From the NCBI GenBank assembly GCA_023231475.1, contig JALJEE010000664.1, positions 1 through 55,636 of the forward strand: DNA of 55,636 nucleotides, read 5' to 3'. Positions 1-11,203 of this stretch are shown piece by piece (the stretch's first letter is position 1; each line of letters opens with the position of its first letter). This DNA comes from Seison nebaliae (Eukaryota). A program made the translations under genes and the position numbers. Under the pieces are notes generated by a model that was not told the DNA's origin, did no database searches, and was given only the letters and a program-made list of their open reading frames with translations.

Positions 1-140
1 TCCGAATTGCTCTATTATATGTACGATCAAGGCAACGTAATGACTTATCGGTATTCGAGATAGAAACTGGTAAGCCATAAAAGTCACAACAATAACAGAC
101 AAACAATTTGAATTTCAATTTCAGAGAAAAAAACTGACAA
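1..140 (-). mobile_element. Non-LTR retrotransposon (LINE) fragment, region C-terminal to RT; runs off window start
   Basis: Minus frame reads SLKLKFKLFVCYCCDFYGLPVSISNTDKSLRCLDRTYNRAIR (LFxxYCxxFYG...AYN-type post-RT motif of CR1-group LINEs); positions 1-90 match 21902-21991 at 80/90 nt. Confidence 0.75.
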
Positions 141-340
141 AATTTATTAACCAAAAATATTAAACGTGTCTTGAAGACACTGTCTTCACATTTTATTAAA
201 AAAAAATAGATAATGGAATGCTAATTAAATAACATGGTCATAGTATATAATGTGGATGTATGTCTATTAAAATAAATAAGAGTTGTGTATGAATCAATGA
301 ACAAAACACAGTAAATCTGATATAACTCGGTGACATATAT

Positions 341-3300
341 TTATTTCGTGTTATCCGGCATCGACTGAAGTACCATTCCTAATTTCTTCCAATTCCTCGT
401 CGATTTATATCGTTCAATCAAACTCGTTCGTTTTCTTAACAGCAATTCAGAAATCTCATCTAAATATATTAAAAAAACTGTAGGAATTTGAGAGAATTTT
501 ATTAATAAACTTTCTGATTTGAATTCATCATTAACTCGTCCGACATCAGCTAAAAGAATTATCATCCTTTTAATTGAAAAATATTATTACCTAGTCATTT
601 GTTAGAATGAAAATATAACTTCAAATCACAATTTTCAAGAATGGAATTGAAATTTTCAATTTTGAATGTTGGACAACTTGAACGGAATTCTTGAAAGCAA
701 TTCTTCTCCATTCGCTTCCATTGTTGTCGAATGAAATTGACAAGTGCCAACAACAGATGATATGTATGTTTTCTCATGTCCATCAGAAGAAGACGAGCGA
801 ATTGATTATCTTGAAGGTCGTTGAGGATGTGTTTAATCATCTCTACAATCCAACGGATACGTCCCAAACAATTATCATTAAAACTATTGATATTTTGATA
901 AATTTCATGTTGGAGATGAGCCAAAAGAATATTGAGATGGTAAAAATGGAAATAGATATCCCTCGTCACTTCTCTATGTTGAAAATTGAGAGAAGTTTCG
1001 AAAGATTTGTGTAACAAAATCAAATCAATTCCATTTGTCACATAACTGGTCAGTTGAGAGAATTTGGATGAAGATTTCACATTTTTCGAAATGTTCGAGA
1101 GACATCCATATAATTGATCTAATAAAATATTTTTCGTATTAACTAATTGATTGTCGGAAGTGATGTAGAAAAACTTTAAAGATGCGGATTTTATTTGAAC
1201 TTTCATCATATCTAAATCAGATAAACGAACTGTAAATATGGGGAAATGATTCGACGTCAATAGTTCGTCTTCACTAGCCACCATACCGTCATAAGCGAAA
1301 ATACAGAATTGCGTTGACGTTATCCATTCTAGACTGGGAATCATAATTCTCGTGAGACGATTAATAGTTGAATTGTTTATAACGACATCTTTCCGCACTA
1401 GTAATGAAGAGAGATAAGTGAACTTCAAATCGGTCGTTATGGAAATGGCTAGTTCCACAATCTTCTTATTAAAATCAATCAACAGGATGTGACTGTTTGT
1501 TAGAGCCAGAAGATATGACGAACATTTACCTGGAGCCAACGACAATTTGAGAATATGACCAAAATTATCGAGATGCATCGAATCAATTTCATCTTCTGTC
1601 GATTCTTCCATTTCCATTTTACTGGTGGTGGAATTAAATTTCGAGTTGGAGCGATTTTTTCTCGTCTTCCACAAATAAATGAATTTATGAGTATTTGTGA
1701 ATATGACTATATTGGACTTAGTAGCTAGTGCTGTTATATATCCAATTTGCGAACGATTCAATTTGGGAATTTTTTCTCCTTCCTTCAAACTTCGTCCTTC
1801 GATTCCAACGTGATAGATATTGTGCATAACATCCGTCATGATGAAATCTTCACGTTTCACTTTTTCGTTATCTCCCAAATATGATTTAGTTGGAAGCCAA
1901 GTGAATAAATTGATACAAGGACAATTTTTAGCTACTCGACGGATCAGTGTCAAATCACGACAATTCCAAATTTCGAAAGGAATACGGAATTCAAATACAA
2001 TTATCAAATAATTCTCTAAAGATGATACAACACAATCTCTGATGGGACTTTTCTCTTTAGTGGAGGAACGGAATGTTTTCACTTGACCTGTTCTCATACA
2101 ATAAAATTGAACATCATTCCGATATTTCGTTTGGAGTTTACTCAATTGTTGTTGTTGTCGAATTGTATAATATTGTAAGTATTTCGTCTCCAACGGATTG
2201 GAGAGAGTAGATGTGTGATTAGATGTCCATGAAATGATGGAAGAATCAGATAGCCAAGTCAATCCTTTAATAGGGAACTGTTGTTGAGACCAGTATCGTA
2301 CCAATTGGTAATCGATACAATCTATAATTCCGATATCTCCATTCGAATATCCCACCGCCATATATGGACGCCAATTTTTCTCATTACTCTTCTTTAACGA
2401 TTTTGACATTTTCATAATGATCGGATAATTGGAGCTATTCTTGGAAACATTTATGAAACTTTGTTTCTGTTCAATTATTCGGAAAGATGATGTTTTTTTG
2501 TTGGAAGATGTCGATGGTAGAATATCAATCAACGATATTTCTCCATTATCGAGTGATAAGATAAATATATTCGTTTCATAACATTTCTGGAAATAATTGA
2601 ACATCATTAATTCTTGACTATTCGATGATCTGATGAATGGCGAGGATGTAAGACGTTCCACTTCCCAATTGGAAGTTAAATCAATTATTTCTATTTCATT
2701 CTCCTTATTCACACATTTACCTCCGATTAATAATTCAAATTGTTCATCGATCGGTCGTTCGTTTTCTGAGATGGAGAACGGGAAGAAAGTTGACTTTAAC
2801 GATAATTTAAAAATGACAATTGAACAATCTGAATTAAGTGTTAGGAAGCTTATTGAAGTGAGGTCATCCTCCTTCACTTCATCAACTAATTGGATGTCAA
2901 GAACAAATTTCTTCATTTCGATGTTTCCAAGAAATCTTCGATGAGATAATTCGTAAATTTCAAGATTGTTGAGACGACTAATGAATAATAATAATAAAAC
3001 ATGTTGACCATCTCCATAAGTGACTGTTAGAAATTTGGAGAACTCAACAAGATTTGTACCTGGACTGGGTCGCTTTTTCATAATTTTCACATATAAGTCA
3101 TCGACGGACTTATCGATGGTTGTTGGAGAGGAAGTTGACGAGCCTTCGATGAATGAGGAGAAGATCATGTCATATTTCTTATATACCACTTTCTTTGCTT
3201 CATCATTTCCACTATTGGTTGATAGGTTGGTCTCCTCAGAATAGTTTAATAAATTATTTGCCGCCGACATCAATATATTAGTTGGCATTGGAAGTAAATC

Positions 3301-4389
3301 ACTCAATAATCGACTGCCAGATGAGATACTTTGTTTGAGGAATGATTTCTTCAATCTCTTCTTTTCGCTTCCAATTAGTTGAACACTCGATGTTGTCGAA
3401 GAATAAACTGGTGTAAAACTGTCAAGCAAATGTTTCGGAGATTCATCATTCGAAGTTTTTTCATTAACACATTTGACATTAATTCTCATCAATATTGATT
3501 GAGGAGATAAAATGGAATAAGATCGAAATAATAGTAAATCTTCAATTCCATCACAAGTAAATGATTCTTCGGTATCGATTATTCTCTTGTGATATTTTTG
3601 AGTCATAAAATGTTGAACAGATATGGATGAATTGTCGTTGATTGATTGAAATAAATTTTTAATAATAAATAATTCATTTGAGGAATGAATAAGAAAAAAT
3701 AAATCCATTTCAATAATAGCAGAATTGAATCGAGAAGATAATCCATTTCTTTCGTTCATTCCAAGTTCATTACACATTCTGATAAAGTTTCTGAATGGAT
3801 GGCAGACGTTCAATTGGAACAAATTGACGAATATATTTTTGATACACCAAATCGGACGACAAGTGTACGTATCCCATATCATCAATTTCTCACGATTATC
3901 TATTGTTAACATATCTCCAATCTTCTCACTCGATCCATTAAACGTCTTAGTTGAATTTGCACAATCATCGAAAAAGTTGACAGTAATTATAGAATAATCT
4001 TCATTTGGAATAAATTCAATGAAATCTTCAATTAAATTCAAATTTACATTATGCGAATTATTAACATCTTCTTCTGCATTCGACAAACTTTTTTGATTGA
4101 ACCGATAAATTCTCATTGAACCTTTCCAATCCATGAGGAGAAGATGAATTGTTTCCTCTTCCAAATAATGCATCCATTTCACTAGATTAATTCCATTGGG
4201 CAATTCTGTTGTAATTGTCAACACTAGATTGAAATGTTTACGATCTTTTATCTGATAAATACTAGTGATGTTGTGTTGACTAATTGCAAACATTTCTGTT
4301 TCCTTGTCAAAATCGCCATATTTCGTCCAACTTTTTTTCGGAACTTCATATTCGTTGACAACGAACTCATTGGCTAAGACTAATTGCAT
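341..4389 (-). CDS. WDR11: WD repeat-containing protein 11-like; exons 4389-620 and 566-341 (53-nt GTT..AAG intron 619-567), about 1331 aa
   Basis: MAVGYSNGDI...IKGLTW, RNDVQFYCMRTGQVKTFR, VSSLENYLIIVF..PFEIWNCRDLTLIRRVAKNCP, REDFIMTD...IYHVGIEG..LKEGEKIP, LAPGK parallel the second propeller of WDR11 (VAVGTSNG, VKGIEW, VSHLKQYL, REHFVFTD, FAPGK). Confidence 0.85.
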
Positions 4390-4870
4390 TATTCCTACGA
4401 GATCTTGTTATTCACCTTTTCTGTCATATGATAACGAAATTAAGGATAAGCTCTTAATTTCAAATAGATAAATCATTAATTATCGATAACTACCACAACT
4501 CTTGATTAATTTTAATTATTATTATATTTTCTATTCAATTTATATACAGTAATTAAACAATTTATTTTTTCGCTCACAAACCAGCCATTCCGTTGTTCGA
4601 ACAGAACTTGCGTGAAAACTATAGAAATCGTGAATTTGACCATGTATTTGAATTTTTGAATATGGATTCATATAATTTTATTCATTAAATAAACTTTTAA
4701 AATAAATTTTAAATGCTTATAATAAATTAATCCTTTAAACACGACAAGAAAAAATTAAATCTTGTATAGCCTATATGTTAGGATTTCTCACTACATACCC
4801 CATTTTCCGTTGATTTAGAAACTTCCATGTATTTTTGTTGTTAAATTCGATTCGGTAATGCCAATACACA

Positions 4871-5064
4871 GGAATTTCGTCACCCTATATTTTTTAAAAC
4901 AAAATGGGTGTTTCGTCACCCATAAAACGGTGAATTCTCACCTTTTTTACAGTATTTAGGTGATTTCGTCATGTTGGAAAAATAAATGAACTTAACTTTT
5001 GGGTATTTTTGGTTAAACGGTGAATTCGTCATCCATTTAGTTATATTTTGGAGAATTCGTCACC
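4871..5064. repeat. Six copies of near-palindromic GGTGAWTTCGTCACC motif; probable subterminal repeats of a MULE/foldback-type terminus
   Basis: Copies at about 4873, 4906, 4929, 4959, 5019, 5050 (about 30-bp register); 330 bp upstream of a MULE transposase relic. Confidence 0.65.
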
Positions 5065-5388
5065 TAGTTATAAATATATTTTTATACACGAATCGGTTAG
5101 TTGCTCAAGAAGTTTTAATGGTTTTTAAATAATAAAGAAAGTAAACATTTTAATTTAACTATTTATTCTAAATTTGAGAAATTGATGATAATTCTATGTA
5201 TTAGTGATGGTATAATTTTAAATTTATTTGCATACTATAAGATAATAATTATATATACTTAATAAGCACTTACTAGTTAGTAAAAAATTTTGACTTGGAA
5301 AATATTTTCTGAAGTTTTCCAGTCTTACAAAAACAGCCTACTGAGAAGTTTTTTCGTTTTAGCGTGGTTTCGATTGAAAAAAGATACA

Positions 5389-5643
5389 ATGGATAACAAT
5401 GATGATTTTCCATTTCAAAACATATCTGACATATCTATGTAGAACGACGTTATTCGACGTTCCCGTCAACATGAGCGGTCTTTAAAAACACATAATTCAT
5501 CGGCCATTAATGAAAATTGGAGTGTTTATTATTCAGAAAATATTCAATATTCTGACTTATGTAACCGTCACTTCTTCATCGATGGAACGTTCAAGAAATG
5601 TCCAATTGGATATGTTCAATTGTATTTCATGTACAAAAGATAA
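5389..5643 (+). pseudogene. Mutator-like (MULE) transposase fragment
   Basis: Frame from ATG 5389 with in-frame TAG (5440-5442) reads ...RHFFIDGTFKKCPIGYVQLYFM*; DGTFKxCPxxxxQLY is the first catalytic-Asp motif of animal MULE DDE transposases; truncated right after. Confidence 0.8.
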
Positions 5644-5889
5644 AAGCATAAGTTTTTTGATTTCAAACGTGAAATAATTCTTTTTTTTCAAATTTTTTTC
5701 ACCATCTTAAAGAGCTTGAATAGAGCTATTTTATGGTACTCAACCTTATAACAGACATCTAATTAGACAGAAGTTATGATTTGTTTTATAAAAACGTAGA
5801 AGTATCAGATTACTTTAAGTTTCTACTCTATAAATTAGAAGTAAATTATCAAATTTGGAATTTTATTTTTGTTTTCAGCTTCTGTTTAG

Positions 5890-7332
5890 ATGTTGTTTAG
5901 TTTATTTTATCTGTTTTCTTTAATTTTAGTTGTTAATCTGCAAAGAATACATCAACTTTGGAACGCTTCATTTGAGTATGTAGAAGAAAATTATTTTGAC
6001 GATCAGGAAATATCATTCAATGATGACTTTTTAGCAAAAGATAGGTTTTGGTGTAGTGAAGGATTTTTGGATAGTCTACGACTTTTGGATATGTATGGAG
6101 ATATCGAAATTTCAGCAGGTTATTATGTGAATAAGGTTATCGGTCAGGGTGCCCAAGGAACAATTTACCAAATAACAAATGGACGTAAGCCTGTTAAAGT
6201 CCTCAAAGTTATGGAGGACCCAAGCACATATTTATTCGAATTAAATGCCCTTTATTCAAAAATGCATCATCGGATTCCTAGGTTGCCCCAGTATGATTTG
6301 CTGGACATTGCAGCGACCGAAAATATTGGTAATGGTTATACTTATGATCTTGATACAATTATTTTCAAAGGTAAGTTGAAAAAGAGATGTTTGGTAGCTG
6401 ATTTTGTAGACGGAATTATGGTAAGTACAGGTGGAATGAATTTGTACCGTACTCTTAATGCGTCAGTCAGAGGTTTTCTGATGTTCTTTATTACCTTAAT
6501 GAAACAAATACAAGCGATTCATTTCACCATCAATCATTTTCCATTTACTCATGGAACAAAAATTTTGCACAACATTGCTAATGCGCATGCAGATCTCCAT
6601 ATGGCTAATATATTTTTAATTATGGCACAATTTAGAAACGGTCAACCAATGATCCAACCACTATTATTAGACTACGGATTGGCGGCAGAATTCTTTTATA
6701 AATCAGCCGATGATATAGTTACTGAAGTTTATAATAACAATTTGAGAGAAGAAAATGGTATTCGAGAGGAGAATCGTATATCGGCAGATCGAATATATAA
6801 TTTATTTCAAAATGTCGATTTTACTCAAATTATGGCATTAATGGTCTATGCATTTCTTACATTGACTATGTCAACCGTATACTATTTTGCTGTTGAGTTA
6901 AGGAATATTCTGGAAAAAGAAAAGGGTTTAGACTATCTTAGACGTATGGAATTATTTCAGAATGTACCCGATGAACTAAAAGAAATAATACCACTTATGC
7001 GGTTAATGTGCGAAGGTATCAAGTCGCGTCAAACATATAGGCATTGGATGCGAATAGTTGATCTTTTAACTCCTGAAGAAATTATGGATGCACCACTTCC
7101 AAACCAATACAAGACAGATTTACCTATACGTCAAGAAATAGAATTTTATGAAATCGATTCAAGTTCCGAAGGCACGGTTGCCGGAGATAATGTAACTTTT
7201 TCAGGCAGTTCAGGTGGTTCAGATAATACTCTGAATAAAGAATCATACAATGATGAAGATGGAAACGGTGACAACAACGATGACATTGATGATGATTACA
7301 TGAAAATTTTGAATAATCTTGTTCGCGGGTGA
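5890..7332 (+). CDS. Atypical protein-kinase-fold protein with N-terminal hydrophobic (signal-like) peptide, paralog A, intronless, 480 aa
   Basis: IGQGAQG loop, KVLK, FE (helix C), HADLHMANI catalytic loop, LLDYG, QNVDF; N-terminus MLFSLFYLFSLILVVNL; acidic tail; homologous to 34148..35434. Confidence 0.85.
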   Translation: MLFSLFYLFSLILVVNLQRIHQLWNASFEYVEENYFDDQEISFNDDFLAKDRFWCSEGFLDSLRLLDMYGDIEISAGYYVNKVIGQGAQGTIYQITNGRKPVKVLKVMEDPSTYLFELNALYSKMHHRIPRLPQYDLLDIAATENIGNGYTYDLDTIIFKGKLKKRCLVADFVDGIMVSTGGMNLYRTLNASVRGFLMFFITLMKQIQAIHFTINHFPFTHGTKILHNIANAHADLHMANIFLIMAQFRNGQPMIQPLLLDYGLAAEFFYKSADDIVTEVYNNNLREENGIREENRISADRIYNLFQNVDFTQIMALMVYAFLTLTMSTVYYFAVELRNILEKEKGLDYLRRMELFQNVPDELKEIIPLMRLMCEGIKSRQTYRHWMRIVDLLTPEEIMDAPLPNQYKTDLPIRQEIEFYEIDSSSEGTVAGDNVTFSGSSGGSDNTLNKESYNDEDGNGDNNDDIDDDYMKILNNLVRG

Positions 7333-7446
7333 GATCTGTTTATAATTGTTTTCTCAAATGAAAATTTACAATAAATTTAATGTCAGAGTATTATATTATA
7401 ATTAAATTGTTAAAGTCATTGAAAAAATAATCTTAATTCGATCTTC

Positions 7447-7950
7447 AAAAATTTAAACAATAAATATGATTTATCTACTGTGATAGTTCTGTTTATGATA
7501 GAATTGAAAATTTATACAATAAATATCATCTATCTACTTTTTCAGACACTACTTATATTCGAACCTTCAAATTATATAAATAACAAATTAAAATAGTCGA
7601 TCGCATAAGGAAAAAGTGATTTTCCTATTTTCTTGATAGTTCTCTTTCAGATAGGATTGAAAATTTAAAAAAAAATTGTCTATATGGCTTTTCAGCTGAT
7701 CCCAACATCGAAAGCATCAAATTATATGCCAAATGTATTAAATTAGTCGATCCCATGTGAAAGAAGTGATTGTTCTACGTTCTTGATAGTTCTCTTTCAG
7801 TTAGGAATAAAAAGTTATACAATAAATATGATGTACCTACTTTTTCAAACACTACCAATATTGGAACCTTCCGATTATATGGTTAATCAATTAAAATGGT
7901 CGATTGCATATGGAAAAAGTGATTTTCCTATGTTCATGATAGTTCTCTTT
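7447..7950. repeat. Degenerate tandem array, about 3.2 units of 153/150/153 bp
   Basis: TGATAGTTCT anchor at 7481, 7634, 7784, 7937; shared internal blocks (CTTTTCA, AAATTATAT, AGTCGAT, AAGTGATT); partial unit at 7447-7479. Confidence 0.9.
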
Positions 7951-8179
7951 ACTTATGAGAGAAGATTATGAGAGAAAATAATAATAATTAATTTTACGAA
8001 TCAAATATCGGAAACATCATGGGTGAGAAAGGGAAGCTTAATAAAGAAATTTTTAATGGGATGAATAAATGCAAACAACAAGTTGTTTGTAGATTAAAGA
8101 AAATTTTGAATTTAAATTTAAAGTCTACAAAGCTGTGTTGTCTGAGAGTGAGAAAATCAGGTTGGTGTTGAATGGTAGA

Positions 8180-9121
8180 ATGCAGAATCATGTAGCAAAA
8201 TTTGTCACTAGGAAAACACTTAGTAGTCAGTTAATGTTTTCCCGATGCTCATCTACAATCAACGACTTTCTACTAGAAAGAACTCGTCATAAACAAATGA
8301 AATATGAAAATGTTGAGAAGTTGTCTTTAAGGAGAACTGAATTATTTAGACAACGATTTCCAGATTTTCAACCGAATCCGATTTATTACTTGCGGGATAG
8401 CATATTGGAAAGAGTCGAACGGAATGATATGTTGAAAAGAAGGAAAGTGTTAAAGATTCCCGAATTTTATGCTGGTACTATCTTGCGAGTAACATATGAA
8501 GATGAACAATTTACTGGTATTTGTATAAAACGGGCCGATTCTGGTCTTCGACATTATTTCATTTTAAGAAATTTCATCGAAGATTATGGGGTGGAGAAAT
8601 TTTATTATTTATACGATCCAAAAATCACTTCCATTCAATTGTTACGTTTCGAGAAACGATTAGATGACGACTTGACGTATTTACGAGATGCATTACCAGA
8701 ATATTCGACAATACCGTTGGATATGAAAGAAGATATTCGATTAACTTCTAGTTCATTTGATGTGGATAATGTTCCGATGAATAAAACGAAAGTGAAAATG
8801 AAAGAATTTAATTCGTGGACACAAAATTGGTTGAATAAGAGAGTACAAGGAATTAATTGGAATTCGGTGGATGTGCCCGAATTTAAATTACGGAAAGCGA
8901 AAAGGAATGTCCATGATAGAGAAGAATGGAAAGAGAATGATATAATGCTTCATCATCGTCAAACAATTAGTGATGATGATATCGATCGAATCTATTGGCA
9001 ATGGAAAAAGGAGGAGAATCGACGACTAGAAGAAGAGAACAAAAGAGATGACGTGAAAGATGAAGGAAAATTGGGAAAATCAACAAATCTTTTAAAGAAA
9101 CGACGAAAACGTGCACAGTAA
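8180..9121 (+). CDS. MRPL19: Mitochondrial ribosomal protein L19 (bL19m), intronless; likely start ATG 8180
   Basis: ERNDMLKRRKVLKIPEFYAGTILRVT, FTGICIKR..GLRHYFILRN, YYLYDPKI, EKRLDDDLTYLRDALPEYST; R/S-rich N-terminus like a presequence. Confidence 0.95.
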   Translation: MQNHVAKFVTRKTLSSQLMFSRCSSTINDFLLERTRHKQMKYENVEKLSLRRTELFRQRFPDFQPNPIYYLRDSILERVERNDMLKRRKVLKIPEFYAGTILRVTYEDEQFTGICIKRADSGLRHYFILRNFIEDYGVEKFYYLYDPKITSIQLLRFEKRLDDDLTYLRDALPEYSTIPLDMKEDIRLTSSSFDVDNVPMNKTKVKMKEFNSWTQNWLNKRVQGINWNSVDVPEFKLRKAKRNVHDREEWKENDIMLHHRQTISDDDIDRIYWQWKKEENRRLEEENKRDDVKDEGKLGKSTNLLKKRRKRAQ

Positions 9122-9304
9122 AACTTATTAATTCTTTTTTAATATCAATTGAGAAATATTTATAAATGATTCAATAACATAAGAGAAATTAATTGAGTAT
9201 TTCTTGTTCGAATTTGGCGGTGTTTCATTTGAATTTTTCAATTTCTTTCTTTTTTCTAAATAAAATTTATCGAAGATTTTTCTTCTAAATTCATTTTGAG
9301 GAGA

Positions 9305-11041
9305 ATGACATTATATTCAAGTTATTCCCTTAACTAAATTGATCATTGAGAATTTCATCATTCTTCATTGAAACAGATGAGAAATTTTGTGAGAACATCT
9401 CTGGATATTCATCGCCATGTTCGTTATTTAAATTAACTACGAATCATTCATTCGATCCTCTAATTAACCAGTGGAATTTTCGGCGTCATACGCAATGATT
9501 ATTTGGACGTTTCAAATGTCGATCGCGAACGATTTGGACTTCCCCGGCGTCTATGTATTCTTTCCTTCTATCAACTATACGATGGATATTGGTGGTCCAC
9601 GATTAATAAAAGAACCGACTAAAGTCAAAGAGAACATGTGGATCGATGACCAGGGGACACATATGAATCATGAAGTCTTTGTCTTTTATTTAGTGAAGAA
9701 TTTCTTTTGTTTCACTCGTTTTGATTATCAATTCTTCGTGATAAATTGTGATGAACAATGTAAAGTTTATACGATCACTCATAAATTTATGGTGCGACAA
9801 ATTAAAGTTCTATTTTATAATTTTATCATTATAACATTTTCAAATAGTTTAATGTAATTCCAATAACCAATAGTCAAGCGGGTGATATTAATGGATTCGT
9901 CCTCCGGAAAATGTTAACACATCACCGACATACGATGAAATGGTTGTTGGATTGGAAGTTAATTACGCGAAGAATGAAAGGAAAATATTTTTCAGTTGCA
10001 TATGATAGACAAAATGATGGATATCTTTCATATAGCGCTAAAATTTACGGTTTTAGAAATTCGATTTTTATTAAGTTTATGAAAAATTTTTCTTTTTCAG
10101 AACATCTATTATTCGCTGCACGATTCTCCAACTTGTTAGCAGCCACATGTACCGAAACTTTTGAATTGACTTGTAGTGATATTGGCCGTTGTTTTCGATG
10201 TCGAATACATGATTCATCGCTTCGCACATATAACTTGGTTGCCGTATCAATAGGCGGCGATCATTATATTACTTATCGATTGGGTTTCCTCATTATTCAC
10301 AAAATGAATGTGACTCATTTAAAAAATATGCATGTCGTCTCTCAAATTCTCATTCAACAAATGTGTCATGAAGAATTGTATAAAAAAGTTTTCAACATAA
10401 GACATTCACATCTTACGGAAACCACCGAAGTTTTCTTCAGTTACCGTTTTATCTCTTCCAATTTCACCAAATATTGGTATCCGAAAATCGATATTGAACT
10501 ATACTGTACGGCAGAAATCCATGTGGTGACAGCGACTAATTTCAAGGACGCTGTCAATGTGAAACGTTTATTCCAAATCATTACAGGCGAATGGCGAAAT
10601 GTATGGAAGGAACTCGGAATTCGTCCTTGTTAGTGTCCAATCTTTAATTGGAATTTTTATTTAATCTCATCAGTATTCATTATGTATTGGGGGATTCATT
10701 TCGTTCCATCGAATATTTTGGTGTCAAATGAAAATTTACGAGAATATGAAAATATCGTAGATTTAATAATACGAATTCGTTTTTTGAAGAAAAAATATGA
10801 TTATAATTTCAAATTCAGTAGAATCGGTTACAACACTACGGTAACAATTCCTGAGGATATGGGAAGAACGATGTCGTTATCCGAATGCACAGAGGATCAT
10901 CGACATAAGAATAACAGTTATGTGAAAGTGCTCGTTTATTCGCATTTACTTATCGCATTCTTCGTATTGATCATCATATTGTTAATAGTCTATTGTCGGA
11001 GTATCGAAAAGAAGAGTATGGAAATTTATAAGGATATGTAA
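9305..11041 (+). CDS. Uncharacterised multi-exon protein with C-terminal transmembrane helix
   Basis: ORFs 9471, 9911, 10682 join in phase via GTT..AG introns (e.g. 9807-9847, 10630-10673); two small upstream exons inferred; ends VLVYSHLLIAFFVLIIILLIVYCR. Confidence 0.6.
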
Positions 11042-11203
11042 ATAAATTAATAATAAAATTTTTGATCGTTTCCTTCCTATTCAAATTGCAATTTAATCTC
11101 CCAATTAGATGTTAATTCGTTTCAGTTTGATTCTCTTGTCTCTACTTTCCAAATAATTTTTATTTTTTCTCCAATTTATCAAAAAATCTTTCTTCGCACA
11201 AAC

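Noticed and set aside
166..188. Overlapping short palindromes GTGTCTTGAAGACAC / TGAAGACACTGTCTTCA
   Set aside because: Arms only 7-8 bp; no supporting context
691..3997. Plus-strand ORFs within WDR11 (also antisense ORFs inside importin-alpha, FEZ, kinase B, LEO1)
   Set aside because: Antisense shadows of real coding frames, no motifs
4871..5064. Repeat-spacer pattern reminiscent of a CRISPR array
   Set aside because: Repeats only about 15 bp and degenerate, spacers irregular, eukaryotic context, no cas genes; MULE relic adjacent explains it
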